37,687 nucleotides of DNA from Octopus bimaculoides (GCF_001194135.2 NC_068985.1:4218186-4255872), one strand, 5' to 3'. Counted from the first letter of the stretch, positions 21,918 to 33,857 are shown. The notes: a model not told the origin generated them from the sequence alone. Numbers and translations: made by a program.

Positions 21918-22172
21918 GGCATATGGCATAGTGGTTAAGAACGCCGATTACTAACGCCAAGATTCGGAGTTCGATTCCAAGCAGTGACCTGAACAACATC
22001 GAAAAATCCCTTAGGAATGAGAACCCAGGTTCGAAATTTCTCCAAGACACATAATGGAGGTTGGAGAGTATATCAGCCGAAACGTTGTGTTAACAACAAA
22101 CAAGATGAGGACAAATATCCGTCGAATGGAAATAATTTAAATAATTCTTCATCTCTTAAATATAGAACTGTA
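21918..22172 (+). mobile_element. tRNA-headed hammerhead unit directly downstream of the PLE ORF (putative pLTR / 3' UTR)
   Basis: A box TGGCATAGTGG (21924-21934), B box GAGTTCGATTCC (21967-21978), HHR relic at 22046-22091. Ends at AAATATAGAACTGTA, the same endpoint as the solo copy at 13472. Confidence 0.85.
22046..22091 (+). ncRNA. Minimal type I hammerhead relic (core mutated, stems intact)
   Basis: GACAC-ATAATGG-A-GGTTGG-AGAGTATA-TCAGCC-GAAA-CGTT-GTGTT. The core differs from CTGATGA at three positions; the palindromic AACGTT stem-III region is intact. Confidence 0.6.
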
Positions 22173-22194
22173 ATATGTATACATATTCTTTTCT

Positions 22195-22400
22195 ACTCTA
22201 GACACAAGGCCCGACATTTTTGGCGTGGGGCCAGTCGATTGGATTGACCCCAGTACGGAACTGGTACTTAATTTATCGACCCCGAAAGGATGAAAGGCAA
22301 AGTCGACCTCGGTGGAATTTGAACTTAGAGCGTAGCGACAGACGAAATACCGCCAAGCATTTCACCCGGGGTGCTAACTATTCTGCTAACTCGCCGCCTT
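22195..22400 (-). mobile_element. Full-length Meta/MESC-type SINE
   Basis: Reverse complement of the head AAGGCGGCGAGTTAGCAGAA and the core ATCGACCCCGAAAGGATGAAAGGCAAAGTCGACCTCGG. Confidence 0.9.
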
Positions 22401-22424
22401 AGCAAATTCTAAATAATCCTTTTT

Positions 22425-22520
22425 ACTATAGGCACAAGGCTTGAAATTTGTGGGGAGGGGGTAAGTGGATCACATCGACCCCAGTATTTCACTGGTGCTT
22501 AATTTATCGGCGGAATTTGC
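22425..22520 (-). mobile_element. Meta/MESC-type SINE tail fragment with an internal deletion
   Basis: TATAGGCACAAGGC...ATCGACCCCAGT...AATTTATCG|GCGGAATTTG. Confidence 0.75.
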
Positions 22521-22948
22521 CAAGTTCTAAATAATAACGACAAAAATAGTCACAATTTGTAGTAGAGAGAAATGGCATCTCCGTACCTCATCCATTCGGT
22601 GGATGAGACCAATAACTTTGAAGGCAGTTTGAAATAGATCAATAATTCCAAGTTTTGGTATGAATCGATATATCTTGAAACAGGATAGAAGACTTTTCAC
22701 ATAAACGTAAAGGAGCTCTGATAGAATGGCTACCAAATTCATGTCTATATGGGCTTTCTCGTTCGAAAATAACTTCTGCAATTGGAAGCCAACCCAAACA
22801 TATTCTTTCACTTATCATACGTATTTGAATAAACTTTGGAGACATTCATTGGTGATCGGTGAGGAACTTGAGGGTTTGGAACGTGTTCTCTGAATATTTA
22901 AGGGAATTTTTTTGCAGGGAAACTGATCTATATTACTCTATGTCTGTA

Positions 22949-22989
<41 letters not shown>

Positions 22990-23685
22990 NNNNNNNNNNN
23001 NNNNNNNNNNNNNNNNNNNNNNNNNNNNNNNNNNNNNNNNNNNNNNNNNNNNNNNNNNNNNNNNNNNNNNNNNNNNNNNNNNNNNNNNNNNNNNNNNNNN
23101 NNNNNNNNNNNNNNNNNNNNNNNNNNNNNNNNNNNNNNNNNNNNNNNNNNNNNNNNNNNNNNNNNNNNNNNNNNNNNNNNNNNNNNNNNNNNNNNNNNNN
23201 NNNNNNNNNNNNNNNNNNNNNNNNNNNNNNNNNNNNNNNNNNNNNNNNNNNNNNNNNNNNNNNNNNNNNNNNNNNNNNNNNNNNNNNNNNNNNNNNNNNN
23301 NNNNNNNNNNNNNNNNNNNNNNNNNNNNNNNNNNNNNNNNNNNNNNNNNNNNNNNNNNNNNNNNNNNNNNNNNNNNNNNNNNNNNNNNNNNNNNNNNNNN
23401 NNNNNNNNNNNNNNNNNNNNNNNNNNNNNNNNNNNNNNNNNNNNNNTGGTTTCGCCCGGTCGGTTTGGGTGATGTGGCTGTAAAACCTGCTCTGTGTAAG
23501 CATTCGACTTGTTTGGGCACGCTTACGTTAAAAAACAATTTTAGAATAACTTTTTTCTGTCAAAACGCTAAAAATAACTGACCAACAAAAAACAACCAAC
23601 CTAGATTCAACCAAATCAAAAAATAAACCCAAATACTAAGCGAACAAATAGGAACCATCCCACTTCCTTTGCTCGTGCACGCGCA

Positions 23686-23722
<37 letters not shown>

Positions 23723-24107
23723 ACAAACACACACACACTCACATTGACATACCATCCTGTTACATACACACACATATATTCGCAGAGTTGAAACGCTGTT
23801 TGATTTATCACTACCAAGTATGACATCACCCCTTCCTTTCTCATTCATAAACACGAGAGTATTATTATAGCCGATTATTATCTCGGTAACCATAGCAGCT
23901 ATGAAAAAAATACAAAGTCCAGCAACACCACTGGATAATTCTACACATCTGTGTAATCTGTCATGCAATTCCACCCATTTGAAGTAGATTCGAACACGGA
24001 AGAAAGACGTTCACTGCGTTTTGTTCTGGAGAAAATTTCACGCTGTAGACATATAGGTGTAAATACACGGAGTCAGCAGCTCACAGCATTCCCTAACCAG
24101 ATTGGTG

Positions 24108-24147
24108 GATGCATGCATTTCGGAGTGGTTATCTCTTCTTCAGCATC
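24108..24147 (-). ncRNA. Degenerate PLE-type hammerhead relic
   Basis: The minus strand reads GATG-CTGAAGA-AGAG-ATAACCA-CTCC-GAAA-TGCATG-CATC: stem I GATG/CATC and an intact core. The stem-III region resembles a CpG-decayed CGCGTC, but G sits at the cleavage position. Confidence 0.45.
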
Positions 24148-24673
24148 AGAGACCGAGAGGTAGACGCTGCGAGCTAAGACGAGGTCCATCTTATGATATT
24201 CTCGTCATCGTTCAATTACTGCTTGCGCTATAAATAAAATACGGTGTGGCAGCGCTAAGTAATGATGTGCATAAATATACAGCGACAAATTTCCTCCATT
24301 ACAAAATACAGTGAATGGCGTTGTTACGGTTTCGAATATGTCTCAAGCATATTTGAACTGGTAACAAGTTTGGATTCAGAATTATTAGAAATTCTAAACT
24401 TAATGTAGAAACGATATAGATTCAATACAAACCGTCTATCGGGCCATCAGTATAAAGCATCATTCCTGCATAACTCTGAAGGTGTCACTTGAAAACCCGG
24501 AAGGGCTTATGCAACCCTACGCCAGTTCCTGGTTTAGTTGCGTAACCCGGATAATATATTCCATAACTTCAATATCTGAACAGTCAACTATTTATTCAAA
24601 ATGGATAAATATAATTTTATGCTGTGTACATAGCAATACGAAGAACTATTTCACACACACGCACACACGCACA

Positions 24674-24715
<42 letters not shown>

Positions 24716-25929
24716 CACACATGCACACATGCATGCCAAGTGTAGAGAGAAGTGAGATTGTAAGGGTTATCCTATCTCTGAGTGCTTCTAGATTCATCTA
24801 TTGATGAATAGAAAATTATTATTTTTAGATGCAACTATTGATGAAAAACGAATTAATAGAGATGATAGAGAGAATTATGATAGATACAGAGAATTATATA
24901 TGTGCTTTTGATATGTTTGCTGGAAATATTGGCACAGATTGTTGTTATAAATGTATTATAATCACCGAAGCCTAAAGAAATCGAGATATATTGGACACAT
25001 ACTGTTAAATCTCCAACAGTTGTTGTACAACTAGACTTTCTCGTACATACTGATCGCTACTAATGTATACATTGTTTATGTGTGTTACATAAATATGTCT
25101 CGATTTGTGTTGTTAGTATGTATCCTAAATATATCTCCAGTCGTGTGTGAAAGACACTTTTGGCATTACTCGTCCTTAAATATGCGTTTCGATAATTCCG
25201 TATAGCTATTTAAATATTCTCTGTGCATGTGTATAGAGAATCAGTGGCGAGGAATTAACTATATAACTAGTCTATAACAGAGAGTTGAAATGCTTTCTTC
25301 CCTCCGTTTGTCTACAATTGTATCAAACTATGGCTGTTCTCTTTACCCTCTTAACCCCGAGATATTATTCATGTTAATTTTGTGGTTGGCATTCCCAACT
25401 ATCAATAACTCTAATATGTTTACACTTTTCTTATGTCAGAATGTTAGCTTAGAAGCTTTAACATCTCAAATTGCATTTTGCTTGTATCTAAGTACATTTC
25501 AATCGCTGTCAAAGACTGGTTAGAAAGATTCGACTAATTCTCCAGTTAAACTACTCAGTTTAAGCAACAGATAAGACAAACGAACCTCCCAAAACAAACC
25601 TTACAAGATTTTATATCTTCTTCGTCTAGTAATGAACAGTTGTATGCAAATACCGCTAAAAATCATGACATGTGATTGTAAAACGAAATCTTTTGAAGTA
25701 GGTAGTTTAATATTGAAATTCCTATAAGTTTTGAGAGGAAGGGGGATTTAATTAAGTCTTTGATCTAAGGTTTTCACGTAGAACAACATATTCTCTGATA
25801 ACATTGGAACATTTTGAATACGATTCTTCATAAACTAGAAATGTTTACTTCACTTAACTAAAGAATCGCAGCCGAATGAAATGTGAGAAGGAAACAAAAA
25901 TATAAAATGAAAGTTTAGAAGAAAACTAA

Positions 25930-26320
25930 GCGCAGACATGGCTGTGCGGAAAGAGGCTTGCTTCTCAACCACATGGCTCTGGGTTCAATCTCATTGAGAG
26001 AAAACTTGAGCGCCACGCAGTAGGGTCTTCTCCTATAGCCTCAGGCTGACCAAAGAATTGTGAGTGGATTTGACAAACGGAAGCTGAAAGAAACCAATCA
26101 TGTGTGTGTGTGTGTGTGTGTGTTTCTGTTTCTGTTTGTCCACCACCAGCACTTGACAACTGTTGTAGGTTTCTTTAAATCTACGTAACTAACCGGTTCG
26201 TCAAAAAGAGACCGATAAAATAAGTAGCAGACTTTCAAAAATGTACGACTAAATCCTTCAATTCGTTGCCCCAGTATGGCCGTAGTCTAATGACTCAGAC
26301 ACCTGGAAGATAAAAGAAAA
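25930..26320 (+). mobile_element. Diverged CORE-type SINE (family B) with an internal (TG)n repeat
   Basis: Head GCAGACATGGCTGTGCGG, GGGTTCAATCTC, CTATAGCCTCAGGCTGACCAAAG, and tail GAGACCGATAAAATAAGTA...GTATGGCCGTAGTC. Confidence 0.8.
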
Positions 26321-28467
26321 AGGGGTTGAAAACTTTCTGTTCGGAAGATCCATATTTTGTTAAATCCCGATAAATTATTTGAGAATTTCATTTCCAGCAA
26401 AGACTCTTATAACAGTAATCTGCTACGACATTTAGTCTTCTTACCAGAAGCATCTGACGAAAGTTGGCCCAGATTATTGTTCTGAGTGAAGTGAATTCAC
26501 AAGGAACTTGAGAGAAAGCCCAGTGTAGTGTTTGTTTGTCATGGGAAAACAGCTTTGACCAATCTCTTTTCGCGTAATCCTTCATCAGGTTTAGCAACAT
26601 TGGTGCCTACCACAAGAAGAAGAATGTAAACTGACTGGATTCTTCTTTTTCGCTTCTTCTGCATGGTACATAATCTTCCTTGCGCATGTTCTTCCCTCTG
26701 CTGCACGGAGGCATCAGCACGTTCTCTCCGCCAACCACGGTCTGATGTTTACTTATTCGTGTTTGGGTGCCGAATGATTTAACAAAGTTTTCATTCCAAC
26801 TTTGCAAGGTCCCCCTCACACACACACACACTTCTTTTCCTCGACGTGATGTCCACTCTGTCAATTTGCTATTTCATCTATTGTCCTTTCCTCTGAACAC
26901 ATTAGACACATGTCTCGTGAAAGATCATTTCAGAGTTTTTATGTTTTTGTCTTCCAGATAACATCCGTTGCGACTCTTAACCTGTTGTTTTCTCCACTAA
27001 GCCGTTTCTTTAATCTTCGGCATTCCATGGATCTTTAATTTAAAGCTTTCAAATCATGCTGTCGTTATCTTTGTTTCTCATCGTCCCACGATCGATGAAA
27101 TAAAATGTTTGTCCAAGTACTGCAATCGATATAATTGCTCCAAATTCATGGTTTTGTGCCTACGTAAGAAATTGATTTCATTTAACGTTACATTTCTAAT
27201 GAGGCGAATGAGCTTAGCTCTTGCTAACAAGTAACTCGATCGAAGACTCATATTCACAGAAGCATAGCTAGGTTCTTAATTAACAGTCTTCTGGTGAAAG
27301 CCCTTGTTAACAAATAAGTCGGAATAGCAAACATTTTCACCATACCGTTAATTTTCTAGATTCACGAAAATGATTTCTAGAAAATGCGCGGAGTTTTCAA
27401 ATAATCGCTAATTGCAATTATTTCAAAATTCAATTCTTACAAACTTCACGTCTCTTCGCAATTAGCCTTGCGTACCTCGAGTTCAGACCCGAACCATTAC
27501 ACAATGTTCTAAAAGGAATACAAATATAACTTTGAAATTTCTCACACAAAATAACCCGTTGCCAACAGTACTTGTCGATGCTTCCATCACTTTTTTCAGA
27601 TAAACAGCAGGTTGTGGCTAGTAACACCGAGATAGAGAATAAATTTATTTTATACGATTATTTAATCCGAGAGTTGACTGAATTCCATGGTCGTCTGATA
27701 TTTAATGTAAGTATAGTGTTCAGAAATCACAACCATAACAGACAGCAGTTCTTGCCAGAGATTATGTTATGAGTGTTGTCTCATAACATAGAACACAGCG
27801 AATAAAATATGTTTGCATGAGTTAATCCAAATCACGAAAATGGCAACTGATTAACTACCACTCAAACATAAATATATTAGAGGTGTCAAGAATATCACCA
27901 TGTTAATGAAGCTGATGTTGGTCAGTCTGACGTCGAATTCGTGCCAACATATCTCGACATACGCCATAACAACACAACTTTTAACAAATCGATATCCGCA
28001 ACTTAGAATATCTTCATATGTATAAGGAAATATTTGAGTAAACGAATGTAAAATTGAATATGTTGAAGTGGTTTTTATGTACAACTAGAAAATCTACTGT
28101 AATTAGGAAATCGGTTGAAGCGTGGCAGAGTTCGGTTTCCTAACAAAACAGGCCAAACTGAAAATGTGCTTCGTGATGGTTCTATCGAGAACAGCTTCGT
28201 CTCAACCGATTCACACCGTTTTCAACAAGGAAGGCATATCAGATAATGTAGTCTTAGATATCAATAAAATGACGGTATGATTACGGTTAGAACGCTATTT
28301 ATTATTTGTTTGTTCGATATCGCCAATAGTTCAAGGAAGTTCAGGAATCTTATAATTTGAGTTGGCCAAACAATATTAGTCATTGCGACAAGGATTTCTT
28401 CTCTAACACTCGTGAACAAATAGCTGTAAGTCGGTGACTGGGAAGACAGGAGTTTGTTAGACTCAAT

Positions 28468-28590
28468 AGAGCATCGGGAAATATGCCTTGAGGAATTTAG
28501 CTGCGTTGAAACTCGAATCCTACAGAGGTCAACTTTACCTATCATCCTTCTAATTAGTGACGGGGAGTCAGTAAAATATGAATCAGTCAT
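28468..28590 (+). mobile_element. Highly diverged Meta/MESC-type SINE relic
   Basis: CTCGAATCCTACAGAGGTCAACTTTACCTATCATCCTTC resembles the B box plus Meta core. Confidence 0.5.
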
Positions 28591-29029
28591 GTACGAGATC
28601 AATAAAGAGTGTGGTTTTTATCCATCTTCTTCCAGTTTCCGGTAATGTACAGGGAGAGTGTTCGGTTAAATTCGACGATTTTTATGCCTCGTTTCTTTTG
28701 AGGAAGAGCTTTGTGTATTGGTGAACAGTCAACGGTGTTGGAGAGCATAAGAACTAGAGTTGTGGTTGAGAAAAGGTTAGGTGGCATGGAGGACTGGTAG
28801 CCGTCTGAATATAGGAAAAGAATTACCTGTATCGTAATGATTCGCTCCATGAACCAAAAAAGCCGACATCATAACTACAACGAGGACAGGAGTTTGACAT
28901 GTGAACACTGTACAGACTGTAAGACGCGACATGAACGGAAGCTACGAAGCCGAGGCTAACAGGAAGGGACACAACAGTCTTTCACACACCGACCGCACGC
29001 CGGAATTCGTCCCAAAAGTCTTTGAATGA

Positions 29030-29193
29030 GGCCTTTGACTCAATTTGGACGGCTATGTGAAGCTGGTGGAGACTATGGTCAATCCCTGGGTGGAGAGGGT
29101 TGCCACTGGAAGGTCATTTGTGTGGCAGCGGATTCGGTTCCTTGCTATACATTTGGAAAGAGTCAGAAGTTGTTGTCGGAGAATCTCTACTAC
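29030..29193 (+). mobile_element. Tc1/mariner transposase fragment (around the second catalytic Asp)
   Basis: DGYVKLVETMVNPWVERVATGRSFVWQ / DSVPCYTFGKSQKLLSEN with one frameshift, matching the YV(W/F)QQDSAP.H...SQ.WL.EN motif. Confidence 0.8.
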
Positions 29194-29196
29194 TAT

Positions 29197-29292
29197 GTCT
29201 TCTACTATAGCTTCGGGCCGACCAAAGTCTTGTGAGTGGACCAAAGCCTTGTGAGTGGTAGACGGAAACTGAAAAGAAGCCCGTCGTATATA

Positions 29293-29323
<31 letters not shown>

Positions 29324-29512
29324 CCAACATCGCTTGACAACCGATGCTAGTGTGTTTACGTCCCTGTAAATTAGCGGTTCGGCAAAAGAGACCGATAGAA
29401 TAAGTACGAGGCTTACAAAGAATAAGTCCTGGAGTCAATTTGTTCGACTAAAGGTGGTGCTCCAGCGTAGCCGCAGTCAAATGACTGAAAGAATAAAAGA
29501 ATAAAAGAAAAA
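29197..29512 (+). mobile_element. 5'-truncated CORE-type SINE (family B) with a 19-bp internal tandem duplication
   Basis: Matches the reverse complement of 5825-6260. GACCAAAG(T/C)CTTGTGAGTG is duplicated at 29220-29257, and the tail is (GAATAAAA)n. Confidence 0.9.
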
Positions 29513-30039
29513 TACGCATGTGTTGCTTTTAATTTCTTCTGGTTATTCTACTAAACGTGTTTGTGTGCTGAGGTGTATATATGTGTATTTGTGTGTAGGT
29601 CAGTGTATGCGTCTGTGTGTCTACATGTGTACATGTGTATGTATGTGTGTGAGTATTTAACAGAAGGTTGACTCCCTTCCACTTAGTTTAAATTTCGTCC
29701 ATATGTTAAGCTGTTCGGTTTCAGCAAAAGGAGATTAAAAGAAACTTAAAATGGATTCCGAACGAGAAACCATTTCAGCCATCAAATGATCCATTCAGGA
29801 TGCATGGGTTATTTAGCGACATCAGTTCTTTCATTATTTGCTTCACGCAGCACAAGACACCTAGCGTCAGTCAATTTCAATAACTGAACGTAAGGGAGGT
29901 AACCGGTTTGTTGGAGTGGAGTGATATACGTGACTCCGAAAATCTGATGTACCAGCAAAATTTTAAGTAATACGAAATGTGTTCCCTTGTTAATAAATAC
30001 ATCCATCAGTGCCATCAGTGTTGTGTGTACTTTCTTCCA

Positions 30040-30087
30040 CTCATTCAGCCACTCTGTGTTGTCGTGTGCGCGCGCGTATATGTGTGC

Positions 30088-30167
<80 letters not shown>

Positions 30168-30620
30168 TAGCTGCCACTCGATTTTGTGCAATGTCATCGC
30201 TTAGTTTTCTCTCTTCAACGTGACCAGTAGAGATGTGAGTCTCGAGTCCTCTCGAGGAGTATAAAACCCCCTTGCAAAAACGGTGCATCGATGAACTTCT
30301 CTTCAAACACGTGTTCAGAGCGTCTACCATCACCATCCACGTATGTACAGACACGCACACGCGCACGCATGCACACACACACACACACGCATACAAACAC
30401 GTGCACACACACACGGGTACACACATGGGCACACGTACACACATACACACGCGCGCATACAAACATTCTGAATGCCTGGAATGTATTTTGTTTGCTATTG
30501 TAGTTTCTTGTCTTTCCTGACAATGATCACAAATTTATTCATATATGTGTGTGCGTGTGCGTGTGCGTGTATGTGTGTGTGCGTGCGCGCGCGAGCACAT
30601 TTGTGTATATGTATGTACAC
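30040..30620. repeat. (TG)n/(CA)n/(CGCA)n microsatellite cluster
   Basis: Directly visible, interrupted by unique sequence at about 30170-30340. Confidence 0.85.
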
Positions 30621-30866
30621 GCACCGTACAACCTATGTGAGGGTGTTTATACATCCATACCCGTTAATGGTTATATTTGATACTTTTTTCGCTTCTTTTT
30701 CTGCATCTATTTTTTATATCATTGAATTTACGTCCTTTAATTTGCTGCTTTTCTTTACTCGTAGAGAGAAGACAACTTGTGGAACAGTCGTTATTTTAAC
30801 AAGCTATATCTAATTATCACCCGAAGAGACACATCTACACCGACGGATGCTTCTAAACCACTTGAG

Positions 30867-30925
30867 TATCCCACCCATGAGGGACCGATGCTAGATGAGT
30901 CGAAACAATTGTAGTGATCAATAAA
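30867..30925 (+). ncRNA. Degenerate PLE pLTR-type hammerhead relic followed by AATAAA
   Basis: CCCATGA (core, two mismatches)-GGGACC...GAGTC-GAAAC-AATT-GTA-GTGAT, then AATAAA at 30920-30925. A 2-bp stem III capped by a palindromic tetraloop is the known PLE minimal HHR form. Confidence 0.5.
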
Positions 30926-31386
30926 AATTCTCGTATCTCCCATCTTCCATCTTTTTCATCAATCAAATACCAAACGAACGGTGTGGAAGTGAGAACGTGC
31001 TACCAGGTTTATACCATACGATTTATTATCTAATAATATATATGTGTTTGTATGTGTGTGTATGTATTAGAATGAAAGAGTGATAAATAAACATATATGT
31101 GTGTGAGTATATGCATATATANNNNNNNNNNNNNNNNNNNNNNNNNNNNNNNNNNNNNNNNNNNNNNNNNNNNNNNNNNNNNNNNNNNNNNNNNNNNNNN
31201 NNNNNNNNNNNNNNNNNNNNNNNNNNNNNNNNNNNNNNNNNNNNNNNNNNNNNNNNNNNNNNNNNNNNNNNNNNNNNNNNNNNNNNNNNNNNNNNNNNNN
31301 NNNNNNNNNNNNNNNNNNNNNNNNNNNNNNNNNNNNNNNNNNNNNNNNNNNNNNNNNNNNNNNNNNNNNNNNNNNNNNNNNNNNNN

Positions 31387-31683
31387 ATCAGAAGATTAAA
31401 TGTGGTACTTAAAATGTTTCAGGCACCAGAATTTGGTAGGGTAAAAACCAAAAACAAAATCAAGAGATTTGGTGAAAAAAATTTAAAGAAAAGCAACAAA
31501 AATTCATTAGGTTATAGCAGTACGTTTCGTACAAACTTCATTTATTTATGTAATGAGAACACCACATAAGATGTGCAATGAAAATGTACTCCTCAGCTGC
31601 ATAATGGAAGTTCATTTTAGAAAGTCATTTTGTAGATGTGTGCAAAAACAAGAGTAGGAGATGAAGAAAATACCATCTTGACT
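31387..31683 (+). repeat. Second copy of the unclassified 300-bp repeat at 16885-17183
   Basis: Direct sequence match. Confidence 0.9.
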
Positions 31684-31706
31684 GGGCTGTTAATCAACAG
31701 TCTAGA

Positions 31707-31865
31707 CTGCCACAAAAATTAAGAAAACTGCATAAAGTGGAAGTAGATGTCTTCAAAAAGGAACTAGACATCCTCCGCTCCACAATACCGGATGAACCAA
31801 CAACCTAACATGAGGTGCAGACGAGGGCAGCAGAATCAAACTCCCTTATACATCAAATAGGCCAA
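31707..31865 (+). mobile_element. CR1/L2-group (APE-type) LINE ORF2 C-terminal fragment
   Basis: LPQKLRKLHKVEVDVFKKELDILRSTIPDEPTT*HEVQTRAAESNSLIHQI matches the LP..LR...FK..LD.....PD(E/Q)P...RAA.SNSL ending of invertebrate LINEs. The clade is uncertain. Confidence 0.7.
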
Positions 31866-32514
31866 CAGCTGGGACAGAGGCACATACAGGAGTGGTTATT
31901 TGAAATATTCTAGACTGAGAAAAATCAGCAAGACTACGCGGGTGCTCCAGCAAGGCTACGCTGGTGCTCAAGCATGACCGCAGCGGCATGGCTGAGACGA
32001 GTAAAAGAAAACACGATAGTGTGTGTGCATATGTATGTGTATGTGAGTGTATGTGTGTGTGTATGTGTGTGTGTGTGTGTGTGTGTGTCTGTATGTGTGT
32101 GTGCGTGTGTGTGCGCGCGTGTGTGCGTATGAATTTTAATAGACAAGGCTCTACACTTCTTCGATTGTCTCTTCTCCTCTGCTGCAAAACATTGTAGGAT
32201 GGTGCTTGTTGAATAGAAAAGCAAGCATCTGTGTTCACATCTGCCCACAAGTTCCCAGAGAGTTAATACCTTCTCTTTAGTTGCATATCTATTTTCAAAC
32301 ATTCTAAACTTTTAAGAATATTGCCACAAAGCCATTGGCAAACCCACATTCTCAGGAAAAACATATAATTTTAGAAGATAACAAGAATTTACCTTGAATT
32401 CAATTTAATATAGCTTTATTTACCTTTGTTGTTCAACTGCATACCTTTGGCCAGTCTCAGTTAGTTCTTGTAGTTCCTTTCCGTTGTATATAAACGTGTG
32501 TGTGAGTGTAATGT

Positions 32515-32870
32515 GTGTCACTCGAGCTCGAAAAATTGACCGATATGTAAACCTTCTCGAGAAATGCGAAGACGCTGGCTGGAAAGCGGAGCATTTTCCG
32601 ATCGAAGTCGGATGTAGAGGGTTTGTTGGACACAGTGTGAGACAACTGTTGTTATCGTTAGGCCTAACTCATCGTATGGTAAATACCACCATGAGTGATG
32701 TCCAAGCTACAGTGGAGAAGGCTAGCCACTGGATTTGGTTAAAAAGAGAAGATGGACGATGGCTAGAAGAATATTGAACTTTATTTGATAACTAGATGGT
32801 CTAGCAAGTGGGGCCTCATATCATATATATAATATCATCTAGGTAATAACCTCATAACCTGCATTTCAAA
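32515..32870 (+). mobile_element. 5'-truncated Hero-like RLE retrotransposon 3' end
   Basis: RKIDRYVNLLEKCEDAGWKAEHFPIEVGCRGFVGHS...VEKASHWIWLKREDGRW is the typical Hero-clade C-terminus (EVGCRGF; AS.W.W.KR). Stop at 32775-32777. Confidence 0.8.
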
Positions 32871-32943
32871 GCCCTTTTAAGGTTATCGGCTACCTTATGC
32901 TATCTTACAGCAGAATTGCTCCTTTTACTGCATCGGGGGGACA

Positions 32944-33244
32944 CCCTTCGGTCATGAGTGACCATGGGATTGCACCTAGAAAGTTACCCTCAGAGGCACA
33001 AGTCCGGGCAAGGTTGTTTATGGAAGACCAGCAGTCGCCCATGTATACCAGCCTCCCCTCTCCACGCCACCGATGAAAAAAGCAAAGGGGTCGATACAGC
33101 TTGGCACCAGTGTTGTCGCAACTCATTTCTACAGCTGATTGAACTGAAGCAACGTGAAATAAAGTGTCTTGCTCAAGAACACAACGCACAGCCCGGTCTG
33201 AAATCGAACTCACAACCTCGACGCTCTAACTACTGAGCCATGCG
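32944..33244 (-). mobile_element. tRNA-derived CORE-type SINE (family C, distinct tail)
   Basis: The minus strand has CATGGCTCAGTAG (A box), GAGTTCGATTTC (B box), the CORE-like GTGTTCTTGAGCAAGACACTTTATTTCACGTTGC, and a tail ending CCATGGTCACTCATGACCGAAGGG. Confidence 0.8.
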
Positions 33245-33623
33245 ACTAACTCTAACCCTAACCCTAATTTACTGCATATACATATGGAAATCCTTTACTG
33301 CACGGAGAATTCATAAAACATATTTTTAAACAAGAAGATGGAATGAACAGACATTAATCACAGGTCACGTGCACTTCTGACAACTGTTGGTTGATGCGTT
33401 TTCCATTAATACGTATTATCATATAAATATTATATAAATGGGATTCAGTTGTGGCTGTATATTTGCACACCATCAGATAAGTGATTTTGAGAGCAGGAGT
33501 GTATTAGGTACAGATTTTTTTAGACACACAAACACAGACAGTCACACACACATGCATGCGTACATACATATACAAACAGACTCTCTCTCACTCACACACA
33601 CATACATACATACATACATACAT

Positions 33624-33857
33624 AAGGCGGCGAGCTGGCAGAAACGTTAGCACGCCGGGCGAAATGCTTAGCGGTATTTCGTCTGCCGCTACGTTCTGAG
33701 TTCAAATTCCGCCGAGGTCGACTTTGCCTGTCACCCTTTCGGGGTCGATCAAATAAGTACCAGTTACGCACTGGGGTCGATATAATCGACTTAATCCGTT
33801 TGTCTGTCTTTGTTTGTCCCCTCTGTGTGTAGCCCCTTGTGGGTAGTAAAGAAATAA
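33624..33857 (+). mobile_element. Full-length, young-looking Meta/MESC-type SINE inserted in (CATA)n
   Basis: AAGGCGGCGAGCTGGCAGAAACG (A box), GAGTTCAAATTC (B box), GAGGTCGACTTTGCCTGTCACCCTTTCGGGGTCGAT core and AAAGAAATAA end, with CATA repeats on both sides. Confidence 0.95.

Noticed and set aside
21918-21990. tRNA-like sequence as a true tRNA gene (also 13690-13763 and the SINE heads)
   Set aside because: The acceptor stems do not pair, and the sequences continue into shared repeat bodies, so they are SINE-type heads.
22587-22607. 8-bp hairpin CTCATCCA-TTCGG-TGGATGAG
   Set aside because: Isolated and short, with no supporting context.
23636-24200. ORFs with a hydrophobic stretch (GVAGLCIFFIAAMVTEIIIGY)
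   Set aside because: No family motif, no supported splice sites, and the frame runs into a microsatellite.
26550-26592. Minus-strand CTGATGA-A-GGATTACGC-GAAA
   Set aside because: Both core halves are present, but stem II barely pairs and no convincing stem I or III exists. Counted only as a weak relic.
29915-29950. GGAGT...ACTCC-GAAA stem resembling hammerhead stem II
   Set aside because: There is no CUGANGA upstream.
30241-30270. Paired CTCGAG sites followed by TATAAAA
   Set aside because: A short motif coincidence between microsatellites, with no downstream gene evidence.
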